A stretch of DNA of 64,000 nt from positions 930,001-994,000 of the forward strand of contig UYFQ01000001.1 in assembly GCA_900617105.1 (NCBI GenBank), in the 5' to 3' direction. The position numbers were made by a program, and so were the translations under genes. Source of the stretch: Hydrurus foetidus (lineage: Eukaryota). The notes beneath the pieces were generated by a model, which saw only the letters and a program-made list of their open reading frames with translations, did not search any database and was not told the origin of the DNA. This document shows, in pieces, positions 9,067 to 18,817 of the stretch; the first letter of the stretch is position 1; the number at the start of each line of letters is the position of its first letter.

Positions 9067-9951
9067 TCACGGCTTGCTCTGCCGCAGGGCGGTGACTTCC
9101 GCGATGGTCAGGCCTGTTATCGCTGCGATGGCTGCATCGTCGGTGATGAGTGCCAGCATAGATTTCGCAATCCGTTGAGAAGCGAGGCGATCACCCTCGG
9201 CTACCCCCTCAGCTACCCCCTCAGCCTTAGCATCCGCCAGCATCGTAGGCTCAATGCGGGCCAAGTCCTGGTACATGTGGTAGCGCTCCAGCTCCACGGG
9301 CGTGAAGGCCCCCACCTCCACCAGACTCAAGGCTTGCACGATATCCGGGTCTGTACGCCACTCGTTGTCGGTGGCATTGTCTAATTGGGCATCGTTTTTG
9401 CCGACTTCACTTAAAAACCGCAGCCACTTCACCAGCATCAATTTGTCGGTACGGGTCTTGGGTTTGAATTTGGGGATCTCGATAAACACAAACTCCAGCC
9501 CTTTTAAGACCCGCTCAGGCTGCTTGGTTCTGACGATGCGGTAGTGGTGGTAGTAGTCTTCATCCTTGCGCTCGAATATCTGGTTCGTGATCGCCAAGGC
9601 ATAGACCTGACCCAATTCCGAATAATTCTGCCCGACCTCCAGTTGTTTCACATAAGCCTGACTCGCGGCAAACAAAATGCGCTGTTCAAAACTGGCACTC
9701 CACAGCATTTGCATCTCCACGATGAAGGTGCGGCCTTGGGTGTCGCGGCATTTCACGTCAACGATGGAGTTTTTGAACAGGCCAGGTAATTCTGGCACCT
9801 GCTCAGGCGTGAGGTATTCCAGCGTGTCGATCAGCGCGTCTTCGGGCAGGGGCAGCAGTGCGTTCAAAAAACTTTTGAGCAGGTGAGCATGCTCGCCAAA
9901 GACGCGCTTGAAGGGCAGGTCAACTTTGGGGTCGAGGTAGCGGCTGGACAT
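9067..9951 (-). CDS. Rpn-family / PD-(D/E)XK nuclease (putative transposase)
   Basis: YLDPKVDLPFKRVFG, SIVDVKC, FIVEMQ, FIEIPKF; AEGVAEGVAEG tail and C-terminal IAAITGLT. Confidence 0.88.
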   Translation of the reverse strand: MSSRYLDPKVDLPFKRVFGEHAHLLKSFLNALLPLPEDALIDTLEYLTPEQVPELPGLFKNSIVDVKCRDTQGRTFIVEMQMLWSASFEQRILFAASQAYVKQLEVGQNYSELGQVYALAITNQIFERKDEDYYHHYRIVRTKQPERVLKGLEFVFIEIPKFKPKTRTDKLMLVKWLRFLSEVGKNDAQLDNATDNEWRTDPDIVQALSLVEVGAFTPVELERYHMYQDLARIEPTMLADAKAEGVAEGVAEGDRLASQRIAKSMLALITDDAAIAAITGLTIAEVTALRQSKP

Positions 9952-10029
9952 GGGGTGTGGGCTCGGGTAGAGGACTGAGGTGGCTATGGGCGTGATTATC
10001 CTCTGGGCAATCTGGCGCCAATGGGCAAC

Positions 10030-10497
10030 TCAATGCGCGTGGCCGCCGTCAAAAACCGTTGCTTTCAGTGCGGGCAACGCCTCCATTTGCAGCATGCGGG
10101 CGGTGCGTTGGGTGCAGTTGCCTGGCACGCTGCTGCACAGGGTGGCGTCGCTGATTTTCAGTATTTTTTGGGTTTTGCGGAACTGCCGCAGATAGCGGTC
10201 TGCTGCTTCGTTGGCACCGGGGAAGCTCATTCGCGCTGAGTTCAATGCCCCAATCCAGCCGAAATAGGCGGTGCCTAAGCGTGTTGCGTCGTGCTTGGGG
10301 TGGGTGCGCAGCAGGCTATCCACGCAATCCACGTAATCCTCGGCATCGTGGTGCAGCAGCATTTGGCATTGCTTTTGGGTGTTTGACGCTGATGTTTTGA
10401 GCGTGTCCAGCGTGTCTGCAGCGGCGTAGCTTGACAGCAAGCTACCTAAAAGGAGGGGGAGGGCGGCGATGAATCTCATGAGGTATTTCATATTCAT
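10030..10497 (-). CDS. Hypothetical secreted Cys-containing protein
   Basis: Signal-peptide-like N-terminus ending YAAA, four Cys; divergent from the nucleotidase gene. Confidence 0.7.
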   Translation of the reverse strand: MNMKYLMRFIAALPLLLGSLLSSYAAADTLDTLKTSASNTQKQCQMLLHHDAEDYVDCVDSLLRTHPKHDATRLGTAYFGWIGALNSARMSFPGANEAADRYLRQFRKTQKILKISDATLCSSVPGNCTQRTARMLQMEALPALKATVFDGGHAH

Positions 10498-10551
10498 ATC
10501 GTCATGTTTCAGTGGTGTGTCGGTGAATGCAGCGCAGCTTAAACGCCTCAT

Positions 10552-10569
10552 GTGTCACAGAGGTTTCAC
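10552..10569 (+). promoter_or_regulatory. Pho box-like site
   Basis: GTGTCAC-agag-GTTTCAC about 48 bp upstream of TTG 10617. Confidence 0.6.
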
Positions 10570-10616
10570 ACGCCCTGGCTAGCCTGCATGTTCTCATTAC
10601 AAAAGAGGACGTTCAC

Positions 10617-12932
10617 TTGAAAACACCACATCGCTTAAACCCCGTTTCCAGCTGGCTTACTGCACGGCCATCTTCTCCAGCTTTGGCGCTGGGTGTTTTG
10701 TTGATCGCCGGTTGCGGTGGCGACGGCGGTAGCTCAGGCATCACCGTCAGTGGCGTGGCCGCTACGGGTGCCGCTATGTCAAACGCGAGCTACGCCATCA
10801 AATGCGCTACGGGCACAGCATCGGGCAAAACGGGCAGCGATGGCAGCTACAGCGCGTTCATTGACGGCGGTAGCTTCCCCTGCGCCGTGGAAGTGTCGGA
10901 CGGCACGCGCAAGCTGCACTCGGTCACGCCCAGCAACACCACGGGGGCTGCTACGGTCAACGTGACGCCGCTCACTGAGCAACTGGTGGGCCAGCTTTCC
11001 GCCGATACCGCTGCATTTTTTGACAACTTCAGTGCGGCCACAGTGACAACCGCTACCGTTAAAACTGCGCAAGATGTGGTGCTGGCGGCACTCAAAGCCA
11101 GCGCGATTACTGTGCCCAGCAGCGTTACCAATTTGGTGGAAAGCAGCCTGATCGCCAAAACCAGCACCCAAGCCGGCAACGACCACGACAAGCTGCTGGA
11201 CACGCTGGCGGCAACACCGGTGGCGGTCAAGTTGATCGCCATGAACGATTTCCACGGCAACATCGAGCTGCCTGCGGCGACCAATGGTGGTACGGTGTTT
11301 TTGCCCGATGCCAAAAATCCTGCGGGTACCGCTGTGAAAGTGGGCGGCGCGGCCTATTTGGCGACCTTGGTCAAAAATCTGAAGGCCAAAAACCCGAACA
11401 ACATCGTGGTGGGCGCGGGCGACCTCATCAGTGCGTCCCCGTTCACCTCGGCCATCACCCACGACGAAGCCACCGTGGATGTACTGAACCAAATCGGTTT
11501 GGAAGTTACCTCGGTGGGCAACCATGAGTTTGACCGGGGCAAAACCGAGCTGCTGCGCATCCAAAACGGCGGCTGCTACCCCGCTGCGGGCACGACGGGT
11601 GTGGTGGGGTCGGACACTTGTTTGGTGGGCGGGCAATTCACCGGTGCCAAGTTCAAGTACTTGGCGGCCAACGTGGTGAACACGGCCACCGGCAAGACCT
11701 TGCTGCCTGCCACCTACATCAAGCAGTTTGGTTTGGTCAGCGTGGGTTTCATCGGTTTGACCTTCAAAAACACACCAACCGCAGTGACCGCATCGGGCGT
11801 GGACGGTTTACGCTTTGACGAAGAGTCTGCCGTCATCAACAGCTACGCCGCGCAAATGAAGGCCAATGGCGTGACGGCGGTGGTGGTATTGATCCACCAA
11901 GGCGGCTCGACCACGGCCACCACGTTGAACGACAAAACTTGCCCCGGCTTCGCTGGTGACATCACCGGCGTGCTGGACAAACTGAGCGACAAGGTGGATG
12001 CCGTCGTCAGCGGCCACACGCACCAAGAGTACGTCTGCAAGTACAAGGGCAAGCTGCTGACCTCGACCGGGTTTTACGGCGGTGCTGTCAGCGAAATTGA
12101 CCTGACCCTGTTGCCCGGCAAAGGTTTGAAATCGGCGGACGCCAACACCGTGCCGGTGATTCAGGCGGACACCAACAGCGCCGTCGCCTTGCCCGCAGGC
12201 TTCACCGCTGTGGCCAAAGATGCCGCTATGGATGCGCTGGTGCAGAAGTACACCGCCCTCGCTGCGCCGTTGAAAAACCTGGCTGTAGGCACCATCACCG
12301 CCAGCATCAACCGTGCTTTGCTCGCAGGCACCACCAACCGCGACGAAACGGCTGAAGGCCCGATGGGCGGTGTGCTGGCAGACAGCTATTTGTCAGGCGG
12401 CCCCGCAGCGGACATCGGCATCATCAACCCCGGTGGCGTGCGTGCTGACCTGAGCTACAAACCCCCCGGCACCGTGACCTATGGGGATTTGCTGACGGTA
12501 GCACCTTTCAGCAATTCGTTGATTACGCTGGATTTGACGGGTGCGCAGTTGCTCCGCCTGTTGGAACAGCAGTGGGAAGTACCCAACGCCACGGCCAAAA
12601 CCGGCATCAACGGTGGCGGGCGGATGCTGCAAGTTTCCAAAGGTTTGACCTACACCTGGGATTTCTCTAAGCCCTTGGGCGCCGCAGCAGGTGCTGGCAA
12701 CCGCATTGTGGCGGGCAGTTTGAAGCTGAATGGCGTGGCGATTGACCCGGTCAAAACCTACAAAATCACCACCAACAGCTTCTTGGCTGACGGCGGCGAT
12801 AACTTCACGGTGATGGCGACCGGCAAAAACCGCATCAACAGCGGCGTGATTGACATTGACGGCTTTGTCAGCTATGTGCGCAGCAACACCCCGCTGAGCC
12901 CACCTGCCATGCGGATCACGCGCTTGAACTGA
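10617..12932 (+). CDS. 5'-nucleotidase / metallophosphoesterase lipoprotein with extra N-terminal domain
   Basis: Lipobox LIAGC; NDFHG, GAGDL, VGNHEFD, SGHTH, NPGGVRADL; GAGG RBS before TTG. Confidence 0.88.
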   Translation: MKTPHRLNPVSSWLTARPSSPALALGVLLIAGCGGDGGSSGITVSGVAATGAAMSNASYAIKCATGTASGKTGSDGSYSAFIDGGSFPCAVEVSDGTRKLHSVTPSNTTGAATVNVTPLTEQLVGQLSADTAAFFDNFSAATVTTATVKTAQDVVLAALKASAITVPSSVTNLVESSLIAKTSTQAGNDHDKLLDTLAATPVAVKLIAMNDFHGNIELPAATNGGTVFLPDAKNPAGTAVKVGGAAYLATLVKNLKAKNPNNIVVGAGDLISASPFTSAITHDEATVDVLNQIGLEVTSVGNHEFDRGKTELLRIQNGGCYPAAGTTGVVGSDTCLVGGQFTGAKFKYLAANVVNTATGKTLLPATYIKQFGLVSVGFIGLTFKNTPTAVTASGVDGLRFDEESAVINSYAAQMKANGVTAVVVLIHQGGSTTATTLNDKTCPGFAGDITGVLDKLSDKVDAVVSGHTHQEYVCKYKGKLLTSTGFYGGAVSEIDLTLLPGKGLKSADANTVPVIQADTNSAVALPAGFTAVAKDAAMDALVQKYTALAAPLKNLAVGTITASINRALLAGTTNRDETAEGPMGGVLADSYLSGGPAADIGIINPGGVRADLSYKPPGTVTYGDLLTVAPFSNSLITLDLTGAQLLRLLEQQWEVPNATAKTGINGGGRMLQVSKGLTYTWDFSKPLGAAAGAGNRIVAGSLKLNGVAIDPVKTYKITTNSFLADGGDNFTVMATGKNRINSGVIDIDGFVSYVRSNTPLSPPAMRITRLN

Positions 12933-12964
12933 GCGGTATAGCCCATCGTATTCGTTGGGTTCAC

Positions 12965-12996
12965 AAAGCCCTCCTGGCAACGGGAGGGCTTTTTTG
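12965..12996 (+). terminator. Rho-independent terminator
   Basis: aaagccctcc-loop-gggagggcttt followed by a T run. Confidence 0.85.
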
Positions 12997-13012
12997 TTTT
13001 TCATGCGTTACA

Positions 13013-13030
13013 CCGTCATGAAGGTTTCAT
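13013..13030 (+). promoter_or_regulatory. Pho box-like site
   Basis: CCGTCAT-gaag-GTTTCAT about 46 bp upstream of the cpdB ATG. Confidence 0.6.
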
Positions 13031-13075
13031 GTTCGCTATGCAAACTTGGATGTCTGCAACGTAAAGGAACATCCT

Positions 13076-15121
13076 ATGTACCCGTCTTCTGCTCTTTCCA
13101 TTTTCCGCCTCGCGCCCATAGTTTCTGCCTGCGTTTGCCTGCTTTCGGCTTGCGGCGGTGATGATGGATCTTCGGTGCCAGCCATCGCAACCGGTTCAAA
13201 AACGACACTGGCATTGCTCGAAACCACCGATTTGCACACCAATGTGCTGAGCTATGACTACTTCAAGCTGGCCGAAGACAAATCGCTGGGCTTTGAGCGA
13301 ACGTCCACCCTCATCAACGATGCCCGCAAAGAGTTCACCAACACGATGTTGCTGGACAACGGCGACACCGTGCAAGGTACAGCCTTGGGTGACTATCAAG
13401 CGCTGGTCAGCCCCTTGGCGTGCGACCAAACGTTGGCGATGTACAAGGTGATGAACAAAGCGGGTTACGAAGGCGGTGGCATTGGCAATCATGAGTTCAA
13501 TTTTGGCCTGCCTTACCTGAACCAAATCACCGGCAGCACCTTCAGCATTGATGGGCTGGCCGAGCCAGCCGCCCAAAAGCCCTGCGCAGGGCCCAAATTC
13601 CCACAGGTTTTGGCCAACGTCTACAGCAGCAAGACCAAAGCCCCGCTGTTTCAGCCGTACAGCATCATCAGCAAAACCGTTAAAGCGACTGACCCCACGG
13701 GCAAAGCGGTGGATGCTGTCGTCAAAGTCGGCATCATTAGCTTCACCCCGCCCAGCATCATGAGCTGGGACAAGCGCTGGCTGGACGGTAAGGTCTACAC
13801 CGTGGGCGTGCAAGAGGCAGCGCAGCAGTTCATCCCTGAGATGAAGGCCAAGGGCGCTGACATCGTCGTGGTGATCTCCCATGGCGGCTTGGACAACTCG
13901 GCCTATTCACCCACGATGGAAAACGGCAGCTACCACTTGAGCAAAGTGGCCGGCGTGGATGCCATGCTGATTGGACATTCACACCAAATCTTCCCCGATG
14001 CCACCAGCACCGTCAGCCAGTTCAACCTGCCCGGCGTGGACAAAGTGGCCGGGTTGGTGAACGGCGTGCCCACGGTGATGGGCAATTTCTGGGGCAAGCA
14101 CCTGGGCGTTATCAAGCTCGACATGGCCTGGGACGGCAAAACCTGGACGGTCGATAAAACCAAGACCAAAGTGGAAGCCCGTAGCATCCAAAATGCGGAC
14201 AAGACCTACGTGGCAGTGGATGCAGCAGTCGCCACAGTGATCGATGCAGAGCACCAAGCCACCATCAAGTACGTCAAAACGCCCATCGGCACCACCGATT
14301 ACGGCATGAACAGCTACTTTGCGGACGTGGGCGACCCAGGGGCCATCCAAATCGTGAACCAAGCCCAGGCTGACTACGTGTCTACCTACATCAAAGCCAA
14401 CTTGCCCCAGTACGCGAGCTTGCCCGTGCTGTCGGTTAGCGCTCCGTTCAAAAGCGGTTTTGCCGGGGGCAATGACTTCACCGATGTGGCGCAGGGCAAT
14501 GTGGCCATCAACAATGCAGCGGACTTGTACCTGTACTCCAACACGATTTACGCCGTCAAAGTCACGGGCGCGGACATCAAAAACTGGCTAGAGACGGCTG
14601 CCAAACGGTTCAACCAGATTGACCCGGCCAAAACCACCGATCAGGCTTTGGTCAGCACCTTTCCTGGCTACAACTTTGACATGTTCACCAGCAAAGACAT
14701 GGGCTACGAGATTGATGTGACCCAGCCTGTGGGCAGCCGCATCAAAAACCTGAGCTACAAAGGCACGGCGATCAGCAGCACGCAAGAGTTTGTGGTCGCG
14801 ACCAACAACTACCGTGCCAGCGGCGGTGGCAGCTTCCCTGGATTGGATGGCAGCAAAACCATTTATGCCTCGCCTGACCAAAACCGCGATGTGCTTATCA
14901 ACTACATCAAAAGCGTCAAAGCCATCACCCGCACCAGCAACGGTGCAGACCGCAGCTGGAAGTTCACCAAAGTCAGCACCGCAGGCCGCGTGACGTTCAC
15001 TTCCGCCCCCGGCAAACTGGCGCTGGCTACTGCTGTGGGTTTGTCGGGTATCACGCAGGTTCAAGCCGACGATGGCTCAGGTAAGACCCTTGCCATTTAC
15101 GCGCTGGATTTGAGCAAGTGA
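13076..15121 (+). CDS. cpdB: 2',3'-cyclic-nucleotide 2'-phosphodiesterase / 3'-nucleotidase, lipoprotein form
   Basis: ETTDLH, DNGD, GNHEFNFG, GHSH, APFKSG, ATNNYRA; lipobox LSAC; AAGGA RBS. Confidence 0.9.
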   Translation: MYPSSALSIFRLAPIVSACVCLLSACGGDDGSSVPAIATGSKTTLALLETTDLHTNVLSYDYFKLAEDKSLGFERTSTLINDARKEFTNTMLLDNGDTVQGTALGDYQALVSPLACDQTLAMYKVMNKAGYEGGGIGNHEFNFGLPYLNQITGSTFSIDGLAEPAAQKPCAGPKFPQVLANVYSSKTKAPLFQPYSIISKTVKATDPTGKAVDAVVKVGIISFTPPSIMSWDKRWLDGKVYTVGVQEAAQQFIPEMKAKGADIVVVISHGGLDNSAYSPTMENGSYHLSKVAGVDAMLIGHSHQIFPDATSTVSQFNLPGVDKVAGLVNGVPTVMGNFWGKHLGVIKLDMAWDGKTWTVDKTKTKVEARSIQNADKTYVAVDAAVATVIDAEHQATIKYVKTPIGTTDYGMNSYFADVGDPGAIQIVNQAQADYVSTYIKANLPQYASLPVLSVSAPFKSGFAGGNDFTDVAQGNVAINNAADLYLYSNTIYAVKVTGADIKNWLETAAKRFNQIDPAKTTDQALVSTFPGYNFDMFTSKDMGYEIDVTQPVGSRIKNLSYKGTAISSTQEFVVATNNYRASGGGSFPGLDGSKTIYASPDQNRDVLINYIKSVKAITRTSNGADRSWKFTKVSTAGRVTFTSAPGKLALATAVGLSGITQVQADDGSGKTLAIYALDLSK

Positions 15122-15915
15122 TGCCCATGCCACGCTTTGCGCTGGTGGGGGCGGGCGTGCTGCTGGCAGCGTTGGCAACGGGCGGCTTTGCATTGGCGTT
15201 GCCGTATGCTCAAGGCCATGTTCAAGCGCTGGTTCAAACCCCTGTGACCAGCGCTGACAGCAATGCCACGACCCAGCTCCAAGTCCAAGCCGGTACGGGG
15301 CGTGACGCACAGGCTTTGCAGCGACTCGCCGCGCTGGCCCATGCCGGTCACGCCATGTCCCAAAGAGCTTTGGGCTTGGTGTTGCTCGATGCTGCGGATA
15401 CTCAAACCGCTACGGTGGGGCTGCAATGGCTCAACCGTGCGGCCACGCAAGGCGATAACCCTGCGCGTGTCAGCCTGGGGCGGCTTTACCTGCAAGGCTC
15501 AAACGGGGTGGCCCGCGACTATGCGCAGGCGCTGCAATGGTTCACGCTGGCAGGTCAGGACAAAGACCCCACAGCCGCCTACTTTTTGGGCGTTCATTAC
15601 GCCAACGGGTATGGCGTGGCAGCTGATGCCAAACAGGCGGTGACGTGGTTTTCGCTGGCCGCAGCAAAGGGGCAGCCCGCAGCCATGTTCATGCTGGCGA
15701 ACGCCTACCGCTACGGCGACGGTGTGAAAACCGATGCCAGCCAAGCGCTTGACTGGTACGTGAGCGCCGCCGAGCTTGAGCAGCCCCAGGCGATCCAAAC
15801 CTTGGCGATGGCTTACAGCCACGGCGAAATGGGCTTGGCTGTGGACGCAGAGAAAGCAGCGCACTACATGGCAGAACTCGGGCATGCGCTCAAACACCCC
15901 CCGGTCATGCCCTGA
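15118..15915 (+). CDS. Sel1-repeat secreted protein
   Basis: Repeated LGxxYxxGxGV..D..A..W units; overlaps the cpdB stop. Confidence 0.85.
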   Translation: MMPMPRFALVGAGVLLAALATGGFALALPYAQGHVQALVQTPVTSADSNATTQLQVQAGTGRDAQALQRLAALAHAGHAMSQRALGLVLLDAADTQTATVGLQWLNRAATQGDNPARVSLGRLYLQGSNGVARDYAQALQWFTLAGQDKDPTAAYFLGVHYANGYGVAADAKQAVTWFSLAAAKGQPAAMFMLANAYRYGDGVKTDASQALDWYVSAAELEQPQAIQTLAMAYSHGEMGLAVDAEKAAHYMAELGHALKHPPVMP

Positions 15916-16044
15916 GCCTTCGGAATATGTCACAGCGCGTGGTTTCAGCACCCCGAAAGTGCTTTTTGACTTGCCTTGATCAGTTTTGCCCCCCCAAAAC
16001 TGGAGGCACTTTAGTCTGGAAAGCAGGGGCAAGATCAGTGCACA

Positions 16045-17289
16045 ATGAACGTTATGACGACACAAACGACACAACTCAGCACCCACTTGATTCACCACGC
16101 CTACCAACCACCGGCTGACTTTGCTGCGCCTCAGCCAGGTGTTTTCAAGGCCTCTACGGTCATCTTCCCTAACGTCGCGGCCATGCGATCGCGCGAGTGG
16201 AAAGATAAATCTGCTTACACCTACGGTCTGCACGGCACACCTACCACCTTCATTTTGGAAGAGCGTTTGTGTACCCTGGAAGGCGGCAAGCAGTGCCTGC
16301 TGGTGCCCAGCGGTTTGGCGGCGATTGCGAATGTGGCCTTGGCATTGCTGAAAACGGGTGACGAGGTGCTGATTCCCGACAACGCCTATGGCCCGAACAA
16401 AACCCTGGCCGAAGGTGAATTGAAGGCGTTTGGCATCACCCACCGCTATTACGATGCGCTGAACCCGGCCGATCTGGCCGCCAAAATTTCGCCTCAAACC
16501 CGTTTGGTGTGGGTGGAGGCCGCTGGTTCATGCACCTTGGAATTTCCCGATTTACCTGCTTTGGTGGACATTTGCCGTGCCAAGGGCGTGGTTTCTGCAC
16601 TGGACAACACCTGGGGTGCGGGTTTGGCGTTCCGCCCTTTTGATTTTGCCGGTGCACCCGGAGCACGCTACGGTGTGGATGTGTCCATGCAAGCCCTCAC
16701 CAAGTACCCCAGCGGTGGCGGCGATGTGCTGATGGGCAGCATCATCACCACCGACCCGGCGCTGCACATGCGTCTGAAGCTGACCCACATGCGGCTGGGC
16801 TTGGGTGTGAGTGGCAACGACACCGAAATGGTGCTGCGCTCGCTTCCTACCATCGCTTTGCGCTACGGTGCTCATGACGCAGCGACACGCACCTTGGCCG
16901 CTTGGTGTACGCAGCGCCCTGAGTTTGCCCAAGTGCTGCACCCTGCGCTGGCAAGCTCACCCGGCCATACCAACTGGCGCACCTTGTGTTGCCCCGATGG
17001 GGGTGTGTCTGAGCCAGGCCGGGCCGCAGGCCTCTTTAGCGTGATGCTGCACAGCCGCTACAGCCGCGATCAGGTGGATGCGTTTTGCGATTCATTGGCG
17101 CTCTTCAAGCTGGGTTACAGCTGGGGCGGGCCGATGAGTTTGATCGTCCCGTATGCGTTGGCCGAGATGCGCGGCGGCTGGCCAGCCCATTTAAGCCCAG
17201 GGCATTTGGTGCGATTTTCAACAGGGCTAGAGGCTGTGGCTGATTTGCAGGCTGATTTACAGCAGGCTTTAGAGAAGGCTTTTCATTGA
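16045..17289 (+). CDS. metC: Cystathionine beta-lyase
   Basis: TYGLHGTPT, DNTWGAG, ALTKYPSG, LGYSWGG. Confidence 0.9.
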   Translation: MNVMTTQTTQLSTHLIHHAYQPPADFAAPQPGVFKASTVIFPNVAAMRSREWKDKSAYTYGLHGTPTTFILEERLCTLEGGKQCLLVPSGLAAIANVALALLKTGDEVLIPDNAYGPNKTLAEGELKAFGITHRYYDALNPADLAAKISPQTRLVWVEAAGSCTLEFPDLPALVDICRAKGVVSALDNTWGAGLAFRPFDFAGAPGARYGVDVSMQALTKYPSGGGDVLMGSIITTDPALHMRLKLTHMRLGLGVSGNDTEMVLRSLPTIALRYGAHDAATRTLAAWCTQRPEFAQVLHPALASSPGHTNWRTLCCPDGGVSEPGRAAGLFSVMLHSRYSRDQVDAFCDSLALFKLGYSWGGPMSLIVPYALAEMRGGWPAHLSPGHLVRFSTGLEAVADLQADLQQALEKAFH

Positions 17290-17414
17290 TCTGGCTTGGA
17301 AATAAGCCTGCGCGCGAGCCTGAGACGGAGCAGCCGCTTGACTATCCGTGTTTGTGCGCAGCCGCGCCATAGGCTTTCTCGGTTAAAGTCAGCACCTTAA
17401 TTTGAAAGTACACA

Positions 17415-17594
17415 TTGGCAACACCGAACTACGGCTACGAGAAGCGTCAAAAAGAATTGGCGAAAAAGAAGAAAAAAGAGGAAAAGCTGAAATCCAAATC
17501 GGAGCGTAAGCACGACGATCCGCCAATGGATGACGGCAACAGCGCGGTCGAGCCCGGCGAGCCTGGTGCAACACCGCCTGCTGAGTCGGCTTAA
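17415..17594 (+). CDS. Small lysine-rich protein, 59 aa (absent from the ORF track)
   Basis: TTG-start ORF MATPNYGYEKRQKELAKKKKKEEKLKSK...PAESA, preceded by GAAAG. Confidence 0.7.
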   Translation: MATPNYGYEKRQKELAKKKKKEEKLKSKSERKHDDPPMDDGNSAVEPGEPGATPPAESA

Positions 17595-17698
17595 AGCGCT
17601 GGTAACTCGCTTCTAAATTCGCCTCTAAACTTGCCTTTACGCGGCTGGCTGAGTCGGTGGTTTGTCCGCCGATCGCCAGCCTGTTTTATTTGCCGTGT

Positions 17699-18805
17699 CT
17701 ACTTGGGCAACCAGCCCAGCCCTTTGGCGTGCAGGCTTTGGATGTACAACTTGTCTGCGGTTTCCGTCACGCCCGTGGTTTCAGGGTAAGCCCCGCTGGG
17801 GTCTTGCAAATCTACCGTGATCGTGCCGTCTTCGGTGAACGCGAACACATGGCCGTAGGCTTGCGGTATAGGCCATAAAAAACGGGGCAAGCGCACGATG
17901 ATTTTGCGCACAAACGGGTGATCGGCCAGTTTGTCTATCGTGGCGTTCCTGGGTTTTGATAAGCCCACCCAAATTCTGCCGTTCGCGCCCCGCATCAGGT
18001 TGTCAGGGTAGCCTGGCAGGTTGTCTAGCACCACCGTGGCCGCATTGCTGTGCTCCGCAGTATCAGCAAGGTTCAGGTTTTTGGCCATCACAGGCAGTTT
18101 CCAGATGCGGTAACGGCCTGTTTCAGCGACAAACAGCGATTGCTGGTCTGCACTCAGCGCGATGCCATTGGCAAACGACAAGCCTTTCGCCACGATGGAA
18201 GTTTCTTTGGTGCCCGGATCGTACTCAAAAATACGCCCGGTGGCCGATTGCTCCAAGATGTCCAGCACACTGGCCTCGAACGTACCGCCCCAATGGGCTG
18301 GGCTGAAGCGGTTGGTGGCATCACTGAAGTAAATTTTGCCGCTTTGAGCGACCACCACCGCATCGGGGTAATAGATGGGAAAGGTCTCAAACTGGTTCAA
18401 CAGCATCGTGATCACTTTGTCAGGGCTGATGGAAAGCAAACCTTTGATCGCGTCAGCAGCGATCAGGTTGCCCTTAGCATCAAAATCAAACCCTAAAACC
18501 CGGCCACCGGTGTTCGCAAACACTTCTTGGTCGGTACCGTCTGGGCGCATCCGTAAAATTTTGCCACTGGCCACAGCCACATACAGCAGCCCTTGCGGCC
18601 CCATCGCGACATGCTCTGGCCCTTCTTCACCGCTCAGCGAGAGCATCCGCAGCGCCCCGAGCTTGGTATTGGGTGAGTGTTCTTCGGTGTAACCGGTGGA
18701 TGTGGGCGCATTCCAGCTTACCGGCGAGACCGGCACAGACCAGAGCATCAGGTAAATCAGCACCAGGCCGAACACGGCGGTCAAAGCTATCAGGTATTTT
18801 TTCAA
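17699..18805 (-). CDS. SMP-30 / strictosidine synthase-like beta-propeller protein
   Basis: GPEHV, IYFSDA, FANGIALS, NLPGYPDN; N-terminal TM anchor. Confidence 0.88.
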   Translation of the reverse strand: MKKYLIALTAVFGLVLIYLMLWSVPVSPVSWNAPTSTGYTEEHSPNTKLGALRMLSLSGEEGPEHVAMGPQGLLYVAVASGKILRMRPDGTDQEVFANTGGRVLGFDFDAKGNLIAADAIKGLLSISPDKVITMLLNQFETFPIYYPDAVVVAQSGKIYFSDATNRFSPAHWGGTFEASVLDILEQSATGRIFEYDPGTKETSIVAKGLSFANGIALSADQQSLFVAETGRYRIWKLPVMAKNLNLADTAEHSNAATVVLDNLPGYPDNLMRGANGRIWVGLSKPRNATIDKLADHPFVRKIIVRLPRFLWPIPQAYGHVFAFTEDGTITVDLQDPSGAYPETTGVTETADKLYIQSLHAKGLGWLPK

Positions 18806-18817
18806 TGTATTTCCTCG

